Positions 62,646 to 63,398 of a stretch of 63,398 bases of DNA are shown piece after piece. How positions within the stretch are numbered: position 1 is the first letter of the stretch; each line of letters starts with the position of its first letter. The notes beneath the pieces were generated by a model, which saw only the letters and a program-made list of their open reading frames with translations, searched no databases and had not been told where the DNA came from. Origin of the DNA: Candidatus Woesearchaeota archaeon (lineage in GTDB: Archaea; Nanobdellota; Nanobdellia; Woesearchaeales; UBA10216); NCBI GenBank assembly GCA_016188155.1, contig JACPIH010000002.1, positions 1 through 63,398 of the forward strand. The letters run 5' to 3'. The translations under genes were made by a program, and so were the position numbers.

Positions 62646-63398
62646 ATGAAAGTCGTAATCCTGTGCGGCGGAAAGGGAACAAGGTTCAGGGAATACCCTG
62701 AAGAGATACCGAAGCCCCTGGCCCCTGTAGGGGGAAAGCCAATACTATGGCACATAATGAAAACCTATGCCCACTTTGGCTACAAGGACTTTGTCCTGTG
62801 CCTGGGTTATAAGGGCGACCTTATCAAAAAATACTTCCTGGAAGAAGAATGGAGAGCGGCTGACTTCACAATGAACCTGAAAGAGAAGAAGAGGGTAACG
62901 CATACAAGCGAGGAAGAAGACTGGAACATAACATTTGCAGACACAGGGGCAGAAACAAACACAGGAGGAAGGCTGAAGAAGATAGAAAAATACATTCCTG
63001 AGGGAGAGGACTTCTTCACGACATATGGCGACGGACTTGCAGACATAAACTTAAGCCAACTCCTGCAATTCCACTATAAACAGAGAAAGATAGCAACCAT
63101 AACCACGCTCAGGCCTTACTCGCAGTTCGGCATAGTGGAGACAGACGACGGCCTTGTGACCAGCTTCAAGGAAAAGCCGAAGCTTGACTACTGGATAAAC
63201 GGCGGGTTTTTTGTTTTCAAAAAAGAGATTTTCAGATACATTGATGAAAATGACGTGCTTGAGCAGAAACCTTTTGAAATGCTAGCTGCAAAAAAAGAAA
63301 TAGCAGCCTACAAGTTTGAAGGGTTCTGGCAGTGCATGGACACGTTCAAGGACTACCAAAGCTTTAACGAGCTGTGGGAGAAAGGGGCGCCGTGGAAG
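62646..63398 (+). CDS. rfbF: Glucose-1-phosphate cytidylyltransferase-like sugar nucleotidyltransferase, 3'-truncated by the window
   Basis: Not in the ORF track (no stop in window). Reads MKVVILCGGKGTRF..IPKPL..VGGKPILWHIMK.Y..G.KDFVLCLGYKG..., DTG.ETNTGGRLK, TYGDG, FKEKP, INGGFF and FWQCMDT. Confidence 0.85.
   Translation, partial: MKVVILCGGKGTRFREYPEEIPKPLAPVGGKPILWHIMKTYAHFGYKDFVLCLGYKGDLIKKYFLEEEWRAADFTMNLKEKKRVTHTSEEEDWNITFADTGAETNTGGRLKKIEKYIPEGEDFFTTYGDGLADINLSQLLQFHYKQRKIATITTLRPYSQFGIVETDDGLVTSFKEKPKLDYWINGGFFVFKKEIFRYIDENDVLEQKPFEMLAAKKEIAAYKFEGFWQCMDTFKDYQSFNELWEKGAPWK

Noticed and set aside
1-63398. CRISPR array, rRNA genes, transposase or integrase genes
   Set aside because: No regularly spaced repeat-spacer array, rRNA signature, or DDE/HUH/tyrosine-recombinase motif was recognised. 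No duplicate of the tRNA 3' end (att site) was seen.

Overview
Archaeal genomic DNA, most likely a DPANN (Woesearchaeota-like) chromosome. The taxonomic call is inferred from AglB with a WWDFG motif, TTTAAATA/TTTATATA promoters, a BHB-type tRNA intron, PGF-pre-PGF surface proteins and an HTH-MNT/HEPN pair. Positions 1-7.9 kb hold accessory and housekeeping genes: a glycoside hydrolase/M23-like fusion, an RHH-MazF toxin-antitoxin pair, a DUF460/AAA+/VWA operon, a metallophosphoesterase, YbaK and Fic. Positions 8-30.5 kb are a minus-strand block of large, N-glycosylation-sequon-rich surface and S-layer-like proteins, including a subtilase. It is interrupted by an MNT-HEPN pair, a DUF192 gene, an amino-acid permease and a tRNA. 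From 30.7 kb to the end lies a large N-glycosylation locus: GGR, aglB, three GT2, three GT4, four GT-C-like membrane proteins, a flippase, four methyltransferases, a B12 radical SAM enzyme and NDP-sugar enzymes including rfbF and an rfbE-like gene. The main result outside the ORF track is a tRNA-Trp(CCA) gene at 23216-23491 (-) split by two introns. One is a 57-nt anticodon intron with a D-box guide that would target C34. The other is a 146-nt T-loop (59/60) intron with a perfect bulge-helix-bulge, built of five hairpins. Those hairpin modules recur, with compensatory base changes, in an intergenic palindromic element (27968-28047) and an intergenic hairpin array (1217-1518). A further module from that array sits in frame inside a methyltransferase gene (49178-49219). 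Together they suggest a structure-conserved, mobile palindromic repeat family that colonises RNA genes, protein genes and spacers. All product calls come from motif recognition by eye; no database searches or folding programs were run.
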